Positions 27,355 to 37,399 of a stretch of DNA of 64,000 nucleotides are shown here, piece after piece. Below the pieces are notes generated by a model. The model worked only from the letters and a program-made list of their open reading frames with translations, was not told the DNA's origin and made no database searches. The DNA is from Rhodospirillales bacterium (lineage in GTDB: Bacteria > Pseudomonadota > Alphaproteobacteria > Rhodospirillales > UBA2165), in contig JAJDXO010000026.1 in assembly GCA_022823235.1 (NCBI GenBank), positions 66,807 through 130,806 of the forward strand, read 5' to 3'. The stretch's first letter is position 1. The number at the start of each line of letters is the position of its first letter. The position numbers were made by a program, and so were the translations under genes.

Positions 27355-28935
27355 CTATTTTTTGCGCCAGAAACGATGATATCCGAGCAGCGGATCGTGA
27401 GGCGGCACCACGCCACCCACGTGCTTCTGCGCCATGATGGCATTCGGCGCGTACTGGATGGGCATGTAGGGCACCACTTCGGTCTTGGCCTGCTCGAATG
27501 CGCAGTGCGCGGCCTTGATCTCGGCGTCGGTGCGCGCGGCACGGACCTTGGCAATCGCCGCATCGAGCTTCGGCGATTTGATGCGCCAGATATTGTTTTT
27601 GCTCTGCGAGTGCAGATCCATATTGAACACCGTCGGGTGAACCAGGGAACCGCGCGGATTGGCCCAGGTCGGGGTCTCGCCCTTCACGATCTTGAACACC
27701 ACGCCGGTTGGGCCGCGGCCGCCGACCTTGAGCTCGGATTCGACGCCCACCTTCTTCCACATGGCCTGAATGATCTCGGCGGTCTTGCGCATCGCCGGAA
27801 TGTTCAGCGTCCAAATGGGCAGTACGGGTATGGGCTGGCCGAACTCGGCAAGCAGCTTCTTCGCTTTCTCCGGGTTGAACTCCGGATAGGCGATATTGTC
27901 GCAGAACCACTTGCTGCCCGGCGGGAAGGATTGATCGGCGAAAGTCGGGGCATTGCGGCCGACGATCTTGATAATTGCCTTGCGGTCGATTGCGTGGGCC
28001 AACGCCAGACGAACCCGGTTGTCCTCGAGCGGCTTATGGATGGTCTGGAAATTGATCGACATGTGCAGCTGACCGCGATGCCCATTGGCGATGTTGTACT
28101 TGTCGCCTTCTTTGCGGGCGCGGGCCAGACCGGACCCGTTCAGCGACCACATGACATCGAGATCACCCGCCGCAAATGCGTTCCACGCCGCCGCCGTTTC
28201 CGGCCCGGTGGTGATGCGATAGAAAAGTTCGTCAAGATGCTGTTCCTTGGGATTCCAGTAGTTGGGGTTTTTGACCAGAGTCACGCCCTTGCCGGGAACC
28301 CACTCCTTGACCATGTAGGCGCCGGCACCCGCCGACATCCGGTTGTAGTTCGGATCGTTTTCGTTCTTCTTGGCGAAGCCCGGCGCGTTCAGGTACCAAA
28401 TATAGTTGCCGCCGGTGGCCATGGCCTCGATGAACGCCAGATTTGATTCGGCAAACTGGAACTCCACTGTGTACTTGTCGGGCCCGGTCACCTTCTGAAG
28501 GTTGGAGCCGAGCTGGGCTTTGAACCGGCCCGCGAGACCGCTCCCCAACAGCCGTGCGAAGTGATGGGTATAGGCTTCGGAGGTCAACTCCTCGCCGTTC
28601 GAGAACTTCACACCCTTCCGGAGTTCGACCCGCCAGGTTTTGAAGTTATCGCTTGGGCTTGCCTTGACGGCGAGTCGCGGCACCGGATTTCCCCCTGCAT
28701 CGAGCTCGAACAAGCGCTCGTGCACCGCCCAAAGCACTTGATAACGGCCCATGCCGCCCTGCGGCACCTTGATGTGGTCGAACCCGCCGATATCTCGGTT
28801 GATATGAACCGTCAGTTTGCCGCCCTTGACCGGCTGGTCCTGGGCCGCGACATCACCGGCGGCAAACGCAACCGCCGCCGCGACACCGGCAAGCAGCGAC
28901 AGCTTAAACTTGTGATGTGAAATAGCTAAATACAT
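27355..28935 (-). CDS. ABC transporter substrate-binding protein, family 5 (Dpp/Opp/Nik-like), paralog 2
   Basis: 526 aa. Signal peptide LSLLAGVAAAVAFAAGDVAA. GGGAGAGG RBS. Has its own terminator downstream. Confidence 0.85.
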   Translation of the reverse strand: MYLAISHHKFKLSLLAGVAAAVAFAAGDVAAQDQPVKGGKLTVHINRDIGGFDHIKVPQGGMGRYQVLWAVHERLFELDAGGNPVPRLAVKASPSDNFKTWRVELRKGVKFSNGEELTSEAYTHHFARLLGSGLAGRFKAQLGSNLQKVTGPDKYTVEFQFAESNLAFIEAMATGGNYIWYLNAPGFAKKNENDPNYNRMSAGAGAYMVKEWVPGKGVTLVKNPNYWNPKEQHLDELFYRITTGPETAAAWNAFAAGDLDVMWSLNGSGLARARKEGDKYNIANGHRGQLHMSINFQTIHKPLEDNRVRLALAHAIDRKAIIKIVGRNAPTFADQSFPPGSKWFCDNIAYPEFNPEKAKKLLAEFGQPIPVLPIWTLNIPAMRKTAEIIQAMWKKVGVESELKVGGRGPTGVVFKIVKGETPTWANPRGSLVHPTVFNMDLHSQSKNNIWRIKSPKLDAAIAKVRAARTDAEIKAAHCAFEQAKTEVVPYMPIQYAPNAIMAQKHVGGVVPPHDPLLGYHRFWRKK

Positions 28936-29078
28936 TGATCCTCTCCCAAATTAATTGTGGACGGCGATGGCCATCGGCCATCATTCGCGTCGCCTCAGAT
29001 AAATCCTTGAGCGGTTATTTGCCTCCCCGCCGACTTGAGGTTAGGAACGTCTCGCCCGCCTGTCAAATCACGGGCAGT

Positions 29079-30062
29079 CTAAACCGTGTAGATAACTGAG
29101 CCTTTCGTCTTCCTTCCTTCAAGATCGATGTGCGCCTGGCGCGCCTCCCGAAGCGGGTAGGTCCCGCCGATCTCGATGTCGATGGTGCCGTCCCGAACCA
29201 GGCCGAACATCTCATTGATGGTCGAAAGGAGCGTTTCGCGCGTGGTGTTGAAGTGGTTGCCGCTGATCCGTTGGAAATAGAGTGATCCCTTGTGCATAAG
29301 ATCGAGCGGCTCGACCTTGGGAAAATTCCCCGACGCATTCCCATAGCCGATGAGGAAGCCCAGCGGCGCAAGACATTCCAGGTCGCCCTCGTAGGTGGCG
29401 GCGCCGACCCCATCGAAAATAACCGGTACGCCCGCGCCGCCGGTGATTTCGTTCACGCGCTCGGCGAAGTTCTCGGTGGTGTAGTCGATAATGTGATGAC
29501 ACCCATGGGCGCGGGCAATCTCCGCCTTCTCGTCGCTCGACGTGGTGCCGATGACGGTTGCGCCCAATGCCGCGGCCCACTGGCAGGCGATCAGTCCCAC
29601 ACCGCCGGCAACGGCGTGAATGAGGATGGTCTCGCCGGCCTTCACCTCGTAGCACGTCCGAATGAGATTATGAGCGGTCAGGCTCTTGACGATCATCGCC
29701 GCGGCGACCCGATCGTCGATATCATCGGGAATAGGCAACGCGAAGCGTTCCGGAAAATTCCGCACTTCGGCATATGAGCCCATCGGCCCGGTCCCGTAGG
29801 CCACCCGGTCCCCGACCTTGATTTCACTCACATTGGGGCCGACCGCCTCGACGACGCCCGCGCCGTCGGACCCGATCACCGCCGGAAATTCGTCACCGGG
29901 AACCCCGTAGGAGCCATTGCGGTGGTAGACGTCGCGAAAGTTGAGCCCCATGGCGTTGTGCCGGATGCGCAGCTCGCCGGGTCCCGGCTCACCGGGATCA
30001 TGGTCCTCCCATTTGAGAACCTCGGGCCCTCCGTATTCATGGATGACAATCGCTTTCGGCAT
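29079..30062 (-). CDS. NADPH:quinone oxidoreductase / zinc-type alcohol dehydrogenase superfamily (MDR)
   Basis: ATG 30062 with GGGGAG RBS. MPKAIVIHEYGGPEVLKWED and AVAGGVGLIACQWA are Qor-like. Confidence 0.8.
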   Translation of the reverse strand: MPKAIVIHEYGGPEVLKWEDHDPGEPGPGELRIRHNAMGLNFRDVYHRNGSYGVPGDEFPAVIGSDGAGVVEAVGPNVSEIKVGDRVAYGTGPMGSYAEVRNFPERFALPIPDDIDDRVAAAMIVKSLTAHNLIRTCYEVKAGETILIHAVAGGVGLIACQWAAALGATVIGTTSSDEKAEIARAHGCHHIIDYTTENFAERVNEITGGAGVPVIFDGVGAATYEGDLECLAPLGFLIGYGNASGNFPKVEPLDLMHKGSLYFQRISGNHFNTTRETLLSTINEMFGLVRDGTIDIEIGGTYPLREARQAHIDLEGRKTKGSVIYTV

Positions 30063-30315
30063 TAGGTCTCCCCGCAAATTATGTTGAGCAAAATGAGCCG
30101 GCTGAACATTGGATGCCCGAGACCGTAGTCAAATCGATCGTCAATTTCACGCCAAAACTCCGGCGCGGCGAAGCCCCAGGACCGCACGGACCGCGTGGTT
30201 GATAATCCTCTTCAAATCTCTCATCCTTTCCGCGTCCGATCCGGACTGAATTTTTTTGCGGCTGTCGCGGGGGTCCTATTTCGGGCCCAAGGCAAGAGCG
30301 ACAAGCAGGGGGAAG

Positions 30316-31233
30316 ATGGAGATGATCAAAGTTGCGGACGTCAAATACATTCGATTACGCGCTCCCGACCTCGACAGGATGGAGACGTTTCTCACCGATT
30401 TCGGGTTGGTCCGTTCCGATCGCACGGACACCGCCCTCTATATGCGGGGCACCGACGACGAGCACCACATCCATGTGACGGAATTGGGCGAACCCGGCTT
30501 CATCGGCATGGCCTTCGATGCCGCCGGCGCGGCCGATCTGGATACCATCTCCCGGTCGGACGGCGCCGGCGACGTTCACGAGATAGATGAACCCGGCGGC
30601 GGAAAACGGGTCATATTGCATGACCCCGACGGCCTCCGGATCGAGATCGTCTCGGGTATGGAAACGGTCGAGCCGATCGAGGTGAAGGAGGTTTTCGAAT
30701 TCAATTCCGGCTCTCGGCGCCGCCGCGTCGGACCATTCGTCCGGTCCGGCCCCCGGCCTTCGCAAGTCAAGCGATTGGGCCACATCGTCCTGAGCTGCGG
30801 AAAGTTCAAGGAGTGCCAGGACTTCTACATGGGCACATTGGGGATGCTGACGTCTGATTTCCTTCACGACGACAACGACGACAGCATCATCAAGGCGAAC
30901 TTCATGCGCTGCAACCGCGGTCAGGAATATGTCGACCATCATACGGTGCTGATTACCGACCGGGGCGAGGCCGCCCTCGGGCACGTGGCCTTCGAGGTCG
31001 AGGACTGGAACGACCTCAACGTCGGTCACTGGTACCTCCAGACCAAGGACTACGTCCACAACTTCGGCATGGGACGGCATATTCTCGGCAGCCAGCTATT
31101 CGACTATTGGGCCGATCCCTGGGGCCACAATCACGAACATTGGACCGATGGGGACCTGCTGAACGAGGATACGCCCTACGGGAAGTACCCCCTGCACACC
31201 GCCCGCGACATTCAGTGGGGGCCCGGCCGATAG
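30316..31233 (+). CDS. two-domain VOC-superfamily extradiol dioxygenase-like protein, paralog A
   Basis: ATG 30316 with AGGGGGAAG upstream. MIKVADVKYIRLRAPDLDRMETFLTDFGL, and a second module with LGHIVLSC..FYMGTLGM. Confidence 0.75.
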   Translation: MEMIKVADVKYIRLRAPDLDRMETFLTDFGLVRSDRTDTALYMRGTDDEHHIHVTELGEPGFIGMAFDAAGAADLDTISRSDGAGDVHEIDEPGGGKRVILHDPDGLRIEIVSGMETVEPIEVKEVFEFNSGSRRRRVGPFVRSGPRPSQVKRLGHIVLSCGKFKECQDFYMGTLGMLTSDFLHDDNDDSIIKANFMRCNRGQEYVDHHTVLITDRGEAALGHVAFEVEDWNDLNVGHWYLQTKDYVHNFGMGRHILGSQLFDYWADPWGHNHEHWTDGDLLNEDTPYGKYPLHTARDIQWGPGR

Positions 31234-31263
31234 GCCCGGACGCCGGTTCCGGGCCCGGACAAA

Positions 31264-31300
31264 TTCTACAATAATTTCATATATTGAGATTTTTGTAGAA
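31264..31300. promoter_or_regulatory. inverted repeat TTCTACAA-N21-TTGTAGAA in the AT-rich spacer between the VOC dioxygenase paralogs
   Basis: Perfect 8-bp arms, 54 nt upstream of ATG 31354. Confidence 0.35.
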
Positions 31301-31353
31301 ATACGGATAATCGCCGTCGAGATCAAATGACGGTCGAAATGGGGAGAGGACAG

Positions 31354-32277
31354 ATGATCAAAGTCCGCGATATTGCCTATGGGCGGTTTCGGGTGCCCGA
31401 TTTGGACGTGGCCGAAACGTTTCTTCTCGACTTCGGGATGGTCCGCAGCGCCCGCACGGATACGGCGCTCTACATGAGAGGGACGGATCCCCATCACCAT
31501 CTCTACATCGCCGAACTCGGTGAGCCGGAGTACGTCGGAACGGGCTACTACGCCGATAGCGAGCAGGACCTCGCCATTATCGCGGCCGCCGATGGCGCCG
31601 GCGAGATCGAGGACATCGGCGAGCCCGGCGGCGGCAAGCGGGTTTGCCTGACCGATCCCGAGGGGTTCCGGGTGGAAATCGTTCACGGCATCGAAGGCGT
31701 CGATCCGTTGCCCGTCGGCAATGTATTCGACCACAATTTCGGTACCGCGCAGAGCCGCAAGGGAGACGTGGTGCGCCTGCAAAAGGGACCCGCACAGGTG
31801 AAACGCTGCGGACATGTGGTGTTGAACGTAAGCGACCCCATGGCCTGCGATGCCTGGTACAAGGAACACCTCGGATTCATCAGCTCCGACGAAATGTATG
31901 ACGGGGACGAGGACAATGTGGTGTTCACCTTCAACCGGTTGGACCGGGGCAAGGAATTCGTCGATCACCACGTCCTGCTGACCGTGCCCCGGCAGCCCAA
32001 GGGCCTCGGGCACCTCGCCTTCGAGGTTGAGGATGTGAACGCGGTCTATCTCGGCCACGAATGGCTCAAGGCCAAGGGCTACAAACATTCATGGGGTATC
32101 GGCCGCCACATATACGGATCGCAGATTTTCGATTATTGGTACGACCCGTTCGATTTCAGGGTCGAACACTGGACCGACGGCGATTTGTTGAACGCTGATA
32201 TTCCTCCGAACCGGGAACCGGCCAACGAGGCGCTGAAGGTTCAATGGGGAACCGGCCCGGAATCCCGGCTGGAATAG
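31354..32277 (+). CDS. two-domain VOC-superfamily extradiol dioxygenase-like protein, paralog B
   Basis: ATG 31354 with GGGGAGAGG upstream. MIKVRDIAYGRFRVPDLDVAETFLLDFGM. Collinear with paralog A and with 4..915. Confidence 0.75.
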   Translation: MIKVRDIAYGRFRVPDLDVAETFLLDFGMVRSARTDTALYMRGTDPHHHLYIAELGEPEYVGTGYYADSEQDLAIIAAADGAGEIEDIGEPGGGKRVCLTDPEGFRVEIVHGIEGVDPLPVGNVFDHNFGTAQSRKGDVVRLQKGPAQVKRCGHVVLNVSDPMACDAWYKEHLGFISSDEMYDGDEDNVVFTFNRLDRGKEFVDHHVLLTVPRQPKGLGHLAFEVEDVNAVYLGHEWLKAKGYKHSWGIGRHIYGSQIFDYWYDPFDFRVEHWTDGDLLNADIPPNREPANEALKVQWGTGPESRLE

Positions 32278-32308
32278 TCGAGCCGTTCCGTGCGCTATTG
32301 AGGCTTGC

Positions 32309-32560
32309 TCAGCTGGCCTGGCGAAGTTCTCCGCCGGCCTTTCTGATCAGAAAAGAGTAGACACCGTCGGCTTCCCGCGAGCGTTCGAGCGTGTGGCCCG
32401 CCCGTCGGCAGAAGGCCGGGATATCCCGCGTGGAGGCCGGGTCGGTGGCTAAGATGCAGATCAGTTCTCCGGACGCCAGCGCTTTGATCGCCTTTTTGGC
32501 CTTGAGCACCGGTAGCGGGCAAAGAAGCCCTTTGGTGTCGATCTCGGTGAACTGTCCCAA
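32309..32560 (-). CDS. TusA/SirA-like sulfurtransferase domain protein
   Basis: CPxP active-site motif GLLCPLPVLKAKKA. Start proposed at TTG 32560 (GGGGGGAGA 3 nt upstream), giving 83 aa, typical for TusA. The ATG at 32641 would add 27 non-conserved residues. Confidence 0.65.
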   Translation of the reverse strand: MGQFTEIDTKGLLCPLPVLKAKKAIKALASGELICILATDPASTRDIPAFCRRAGHTLERSREADGVYSFLIRKAGGELRQAS

Positions 32561-32736
32561 CTGTCTCCCCCCAAAAGATGCTCTTGAACTCACCGCCGAA
32601 GGTCTTTTGATGAATGATATTTTCCGGTCCTGCAAGCCCATAAAGCGTATGAGAACAAATCGGAATTTGATTGCAAAGCGTGGACCAAGCCTCCTGCCGC
32701 GGGCCCGTCTTGAAATATCACGTCGCGATGACTGCT

Positions 32737-33693
32737 CTAGGTCTTTGCCATCCCATGCTCCAAGCCCACGCCCTCCAGCGCCCCGAACAACTCGACGAGG
32801 CGGCGCCGGTCCGCGTCGGGCAGGGGCGGGCGGGTCAGCGATTCGATATTCCGCTTGAGATGATCAAGGTCGCCGGTGCCGAACAACGTCACGTCAACCC
32901 CGGGTTCATGACGGCAAAATCTGTAGGCCGCCTCGATGATGTCGCCGGCGCCCTCGGGATGGATCAGAAATCCCAACGGGTCCTTTTCCGCCGCCAGCCA
33001 ATCCGGCACCTCGCCCCTGTCGGCAAGCTCCCCGAGAGCGGCCTGCAACCGGCCGGGAAAGGAGAAAATATTCCTGACGGCGAACATGATCAGTGTCCCG
33101 ATCCGGTATTTTCGGGTCCCCCGAAAACCATGGGCCCGAGCATTCTGATTGAGCATCGAGAACGCCAGCATCGCGACATCGAACCAATCGTCTTCGAAGG
33201 CTTGCCGCAGCATCTCGTGCCGGTGATCGCCCGGCGGGTATTCGGTTATCCCCAGCCACCGGATCTTTCCCTTTTCCTGTTCCCTCAGAAGTGCCGGCAG
33301 GACTTTGACCGCATCGGCATAGTCGCCGGGAGCGACGCCGTGGAGGTGAAATACGTCGATGTAATCGGTCTTGAGATCTCTCAACGACCGGTCGAGAGAG
33401 GCGATTGTCTGGGCATCCGCGTCGCGTGAACGCCAATTCTCCCAGGCTTTCGTCGACACCACGACACGGTCCCGGGGGATTGCGGCCAGCGCCGCGCCGA
33501 CTATCGGCTCGGTTCCGTAGATCGGCGCCGTGTCGATGAAATTGACCCCGAGATCGACGGCGGCATGCACGAGCCGCACGGATTCGTCGAAGCTCTTCCC
33601 CGTCTTGCGGCCGAGCCGGCTTCCACCCCCGGCGCCCAACCCGGCGACACTGACTTCCAGCCCGGTGCGGCCCAATACGGTCCTGTCCATCAT
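32737..33693 (-). CDS. aldo/keto reductase
   Basis: 318 aa. RTVLGRTGLEVSVAGLG..GVNFIDTAPIYG is an AKR N-terminal signature. Confidence 0.85.
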   Translation of the reverse strand: MMDRTVLGRTGLEVSVAGLGAGGGSRLGRKTGKSFDESVRLVHAAVDLGVNFIDTAPIYGTEPIVGAALAAIPRDRVVVSTKAWENWRSRDADAQTIASLDRSLRDLKTDYIDVFHLHGVAPGDYADAVKVLPALLREQEKGKIRWLGITEYPPGDHRHEMLRQAFEDDWFDVAMLAFSMLNQNARAHGFRGTRKYRIGTLIMFAVRNIFSFPGRLQAALGELADRGEVPDWLAAEKDPLGFLIHPEGAGDIIEAAYRFCRHEPGVDVTLFGTGDLDHLKRNIESLTRPPLPDADRRRLVELFGALEGVGLEHGMAKT

Positions 33694-33827
33694 TCCTCCA
33701 ACATCAACCCGGGCGAAGACTAGACGTCGCCGGACAGGAACTAAAGACGGCGAACGAAAGTAGGCTCGTCAATCCGTCGTCCGGTGCTACCATGCGGAAC
33801 CATGCCGGTATGACAGGGATGTAAGCT

Positions 33828-34343
33828 ATGGATGGAACAACGGCATCAACACGCGCGGCCGCGGAATTGGGTCCGCCGGTCTTCAAATCGCTCGATCACG
33901 TGAGCTTCCCGTGCCGGGACCTTGAAGAAGGCAAGAAGTTTTATATGGGCGTCCTCGGCGGCAAGATAATTGTCGAGGAGCCGGCTTTTGTCCTGTTCGA
34001 CATAAACGGCGCCCACATCGGCATCGGCTCCGTCGGTACCACCTTCATTGAGCCGGGAAACGAATACCCGCATATCGGCTTCGATTGCGATGCGGAGGCG
34101 CTGGTCCATACCAAGGCGTGGCTGGCGGCCTGCGGCATACCGTCGTCGCCCTATTGGACCCGTGCGGGTGTCGAGGCCATGATGTTCTTCAGGGATCCCT
34201 CGGGCAACGTCATCGAGCTTTACTGCCACGAAGGATACGAGGACGCGCCCAACCTGCCCCGCGGACCGGCGCAAGGTCATGGCAACGCCATTGATATCGA
34301 CGCAATCAGGTACGACACCTGGCATTTGCCGGGCGAAGGCTGA
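33828..34343 (+). CDS. VOC/glyoxalase family protein
   Basis: 171 aa. LDHVSFPCRDLEEGKKFYMGVLGG and FRDPSGNVIELY motifs. Confidence 0.75.
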   Translation: MDGTTASTRAAAELGPPVFKSLDHVSFPCRDLEEGKKFYMGVLGGKIIVEEPAFVLFDINGAHIGIGSVGTTFIEPGNEYPHIGFDCDAEALVHTKAWLAACGIPSSPYWTRAGVEAMMFFRDPSGNVIELYCHEGYEDAPNLPRGPAQGHGNAIDIDAIRYDTWHLPGEG

Positions 34344-34360
34344 GCGTACGGGGGACAAGC

Positions 34361-35137
34361 ATGCTGGAATTATACTTCTTTCACGGCGCGACCTGCGGGT
34401 TGAAAGCCCGCCTGGCGCTTGCGGAAAAGCAGCTGGATTACGATGGCCATGCCGTGACCAGGGATTACCTCCGCACCGAGGCGTATCGCAAGCTCAACCC
34501 GCAGGGCGTGGTGCCGACCCTGATCCATGACGGCGAGATCATCCTCGAGAGCTCGGTGATACTGAACTATGCCGACGATGCCTTCGACGGCCCGCCGCTG
34601 AAAATCGACGGACCCCTTGGAACGGCGCGCGCCTGGTGGTGGATGAAGCGGGCCGACGAATGCCTGCCGTTTATCGGCACGTTCACCTACACGGTCTCCA
34701 TGCGGCCGAAATTTCTGAAAATGACCCCGGAAGAGCTGGAAGCCCATATCGAGGGAATTCCGCGGCCCGAGAATCGGGCACGCCGCCGGGCGATCATCGA
34801 ACAGGGCTATGACAGCCCGTATTTCCCGCTGGCGGCCGAAGGCCTGACCCGGATGCTCTCGGACATGGAGAGCGCGCTCTCGAAAAACAAGTGGCTCGCC
34901 GGCGACGGGTATTCTCTCGCCGACACGGCCATGTCGCCCTTGGTCGAGCGCCTGCACGAACTGGCGTTCCACGGCATGTGGGAAGACCGGCCGGGGGTCG
35001 CGGATTGGTGGGAGCGAATTCGCGCCCGCCCGTCTTACGGCGCGTGCCTCGCCGATACCCCGAATCCCGAGGGGCCCCAGCATCGGGCCGCCGGCGAGAA
35101 GGCGTGGCCGGAAGTCAGAGAGGTGCTGTCGATCTAG
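34361..35137 (+). CDS. glutathione S-transferase family protein
   Basis: 258 aa. Thioredoxin-like N-domain with NPQGVVPTLIHDGEIILESSVI. C-domain WLAGDGYSLADTAM. Confidence 0.8.
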   Translation: MLELYFFHGATCGLKARLALAEKQLDYDGHAVTRDYLRTEAYRKLNPQGVVPTLIHDGEIILESSVILNYADDAFDGPPLKIDGPLGTARAWWWMKRADECLPFIGTFTYTVSMRPKFLKMTPEELEAHIEGIPRPENRARRRAIIEQGYDSPYFPLAAEGLTRMLSDMESALSKNKWLAGDGYSLADTAMSPLVERLHELAFHGMWEDRPGVADWWERIRARPSYGACLADTPNPEGPQHRAAGEKAWPEVREVLSI

Positions 35138-35219
35138 GGGATAAGCGGCTCGAGCTCGCCGTCCGTCGCCATGAGCCCGGCATGCTCCTCAAGTTCCATC
35201 AATTCGGCAGGCGCCCTGA

Positions 35220-36506
35220 TCACCCCTCGTTGATGCCCGCATAGCGGCGAAGGCGGATGTCGGCCTGCTCCTTGTGGCCGGCGAAGCCTTCGAGCGCGCA
35301 GAGCCGCGAGCAGTACTTGCCGATTTCCACCGAGGCTTCCTCGGTAACCCGCTGGTAGGTGTGGGTCTTGATGAACATGCCCACCCACAGGCCGCCGGTG
35401 TATCGCCCCGCCCGCTTGGTCGGCAGCGTGTGGTTCGTGCCGATCACCTTGTCGCCGTAGGAAACATTGGTCTCGGGCCCGAGAAACAGCGCGCCGTAAT
35501 TGGTCAGGTTGTCGAGGAAATATTGTGGGTCCCTGGTCATGACCTGAACGTGCTCCGAAGCGATGTCGTCGGCCACCCGGACCATCTCGTCGTAGTCGTC
35601 GCAGACGATCACCTGACCGTAGTCGCGCCACGCGGCGCCCGCGGTCTCGCCGGTCGGCAGGATTTTCAACTGGCGCTCGATCTCGGCCATGGTGTCGCCG
35701 GCCAGCGCCTCGGAATTGGTGAGCAGGACGGCCGGCGAGGTGGGGCCGTGCTCCGCCTGACCCAGCAGGTCCGCGGCGCACAACTCGCCGTCCACCGTCT
35801 CGTCGGCGATCACCAGGGTCTCCGTCGGGCCGGCGAGCAGATCGATGCCGACGCGGCCGAAGAGTTGGCGCTTGGCCTCGGCGACATAGGCGTTCCCGGG
35901 CCCGACCAGCATGTCGACCGGCCGGAGATCGCCCGCGCCGAGGGCCATGGCGCCCATGGCCTGCACACCGCCGAGACAATAGATTTCGTCGGCGCCCGCG
36001 AGGTCCTGGGCGACGACGATGGCGGGCGACGGCTTGCCTTCGTAGGGCGGCGCGCAGGCGGCGATGCGCTTCACGCCCGCCACATTGGCGGTCACCACCG
36101 ACATGTGCGCCGACGCCACCATGGGATACCGTCCGCCCGGCACGTAACAGCCGACCGCGTTTACCGGCACGTTCTTGTGGCCCAGGACGACGCCGGGATA
36201 GGTCTCTTCCTCCACATCGGCCAGGGCGGCCTTCTGAATTTCGGCGAAGTTGCGGATTTGCGCCTGGGCGAATTTGATGTCCTCGATGTTCCGCTCGGTC
36301 ACCTGATCGTAGCAGGCGTCGATGTCGGCCCGGTTCATCCGGAAGTCATCGGGCGCATAATTGTCGAATTTTTCGGCATACTCCCGAACCGCATCCATGC
36401 CGCGGGCTTCGATTTGGGCGAGAATATCCTCGACGATCTTGCGAACCTTGGCGTCCTGTTCCCTGGCCTCTTCGGCGGTGAGGCCTTCCTTGAGATAGCG
36501 GGCCAT
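35220..36506 (-). CDS. histidinol dehydrogenase family oxidoreductase outside a his context (HisD paralog; HpsN-like candidate)
   Basis: 428 aa. QAEHGPTSP and GTNHTLPT metal/substrate motifs of the HisD fold. No other his genes nearby. Confidence 0.75.
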   Translation of the reverse strand: MARYLKEGLTAEEAREQDAKVRKIVEDILAQIEARGMDAVREYAEKFDNYAPDDFRMNRADIDACYDQVTERNIEDIKFAQAQIRNFAEIQKAALADVEEETYPGVVLGHKNVPVNAVGCYVPGGRYPMVASAHMSVVTANVAGVKRIAACAPPYEGKPSPAIVVAQDLAGADEIYCLGGVQAMGAMALGAGDLRPVDMLVGPGNAYVAEAKRQLFGRVGIDLLAGPTETLVIADETVDGELCAADLLGQAEHGPTSPAVLLTNSEALAGDTMAEIERQLKILPTGETAGAAWRDYGQVIVCDDYDEMVRVADDIASEHVQVMTRDPQYFLDNLTNYGALFLGPETNVSYGDKVIGTNHTLPTKRAGRYTGGLWVGMFIKTHTYQRVTEEASVEIGKYCSRLCALEGFAGHKEQADIRLRRYAGINEG

Positions 36507-36594
36507 TGTGGTCTCCCTGGATCGGTGGCTTTAATGTCGCTGGACTTTACGGGATGCCGATCCGGACATAAAGACGCGAACAGGGAGAACGGGT

Positions 36595-37341
36595 ATGAGC
36601 GCGGAGGGACTCTCAGTGGACCTGTCGGGCCGGACGGCCCTGGTGACCGGCGCCGGCAAGGGCCTCGGCCGGGCGAGCGCGCTGGCGCTGGCCGACGCGG
36701 GCGCGGATGTGATCGGCGTCTCGCGGACCGAAGAGGATCTCAAGAGCCTTCAGGCCGAAAATCCGGACCGGATCGGCTACTGGGCCGAGGATGTTCTCGC
36801 CGACGGCCTTTACCCCAGGATCGAAGGCCTGGAGAGACTGGATATCCTCGTCACATCGGCGGGCGGCAACAAGCCGGAGCCGGTCACCGATATCACCGCC
36901 GAAACGCTTCAATGGATGACCGGACTCAACCTGACATCGGTGATCCGCACCTGTCAGAGCGCCGTCCGGGTGATGCGCCGGGGCGGATACGGCTCGATCG
37001 TCAATATCTCGTCTCAGATGGGACATGTCGGCGCGCCCAACCGCACCCTCTACTGCGCCACCAAGCATGGGGTCGAGGGATTCACCAAGGCCCTCGGCGT
37101 GGAAGTCGCGCCCGACGGCATTCGCGCCAATACGGTCGCCGCGACCTTCGTCGATACGCCCATGACCCGACCCATGTTCGAGAACCCGGAGTTCAAGGCC
37201 ACCGTGCTCAACAACATCGCGTCCGGCAGGCTGGCGGACCTCTCGGACGTGGCCGGCGCGGTTCTCTACCTCTGCTCGCCCGCCGCCGCCATGGTGACCG
37301 GCACCTCGATCCGGGTCGACGGCGGCTGGACCGCCTGGTAG
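36595..37341 (+). CDS. SDR family oxidoreductase
   Basis: 248 aa. TGAGKGLG cofactor motif and YCATKHG catalytic motif. Divergent from the HisD-like gene. Confidence 0.85.
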   Translation: MSAEGLSVDLSGRTALVTGAGKGLGRASALALADAGADVIGVSRTEEDLKSLQAENPDRIGYWAEDVLADGLYPRIEGLERLDILVTSAGGNKPEPVTDITAETLQWMTGLNLTSVIRTCQSAVRVMRRGGYGSIVNISSQMGHVGAPNRTLYCATKHGVEGFTKALGVEVAPDGIRANTVAATFVDTPMTRPMFENPEFKATVLNNIASGRLADLSDVAGAVLYLCSPAAAMVTGTSIRVDGGWTAW

Positions 37342-37399
37342 CCGGCCGTTGGACCGCCGGGGCCCTACCCGCTATCATTCCGCCAGGCGGAAAACCAAA

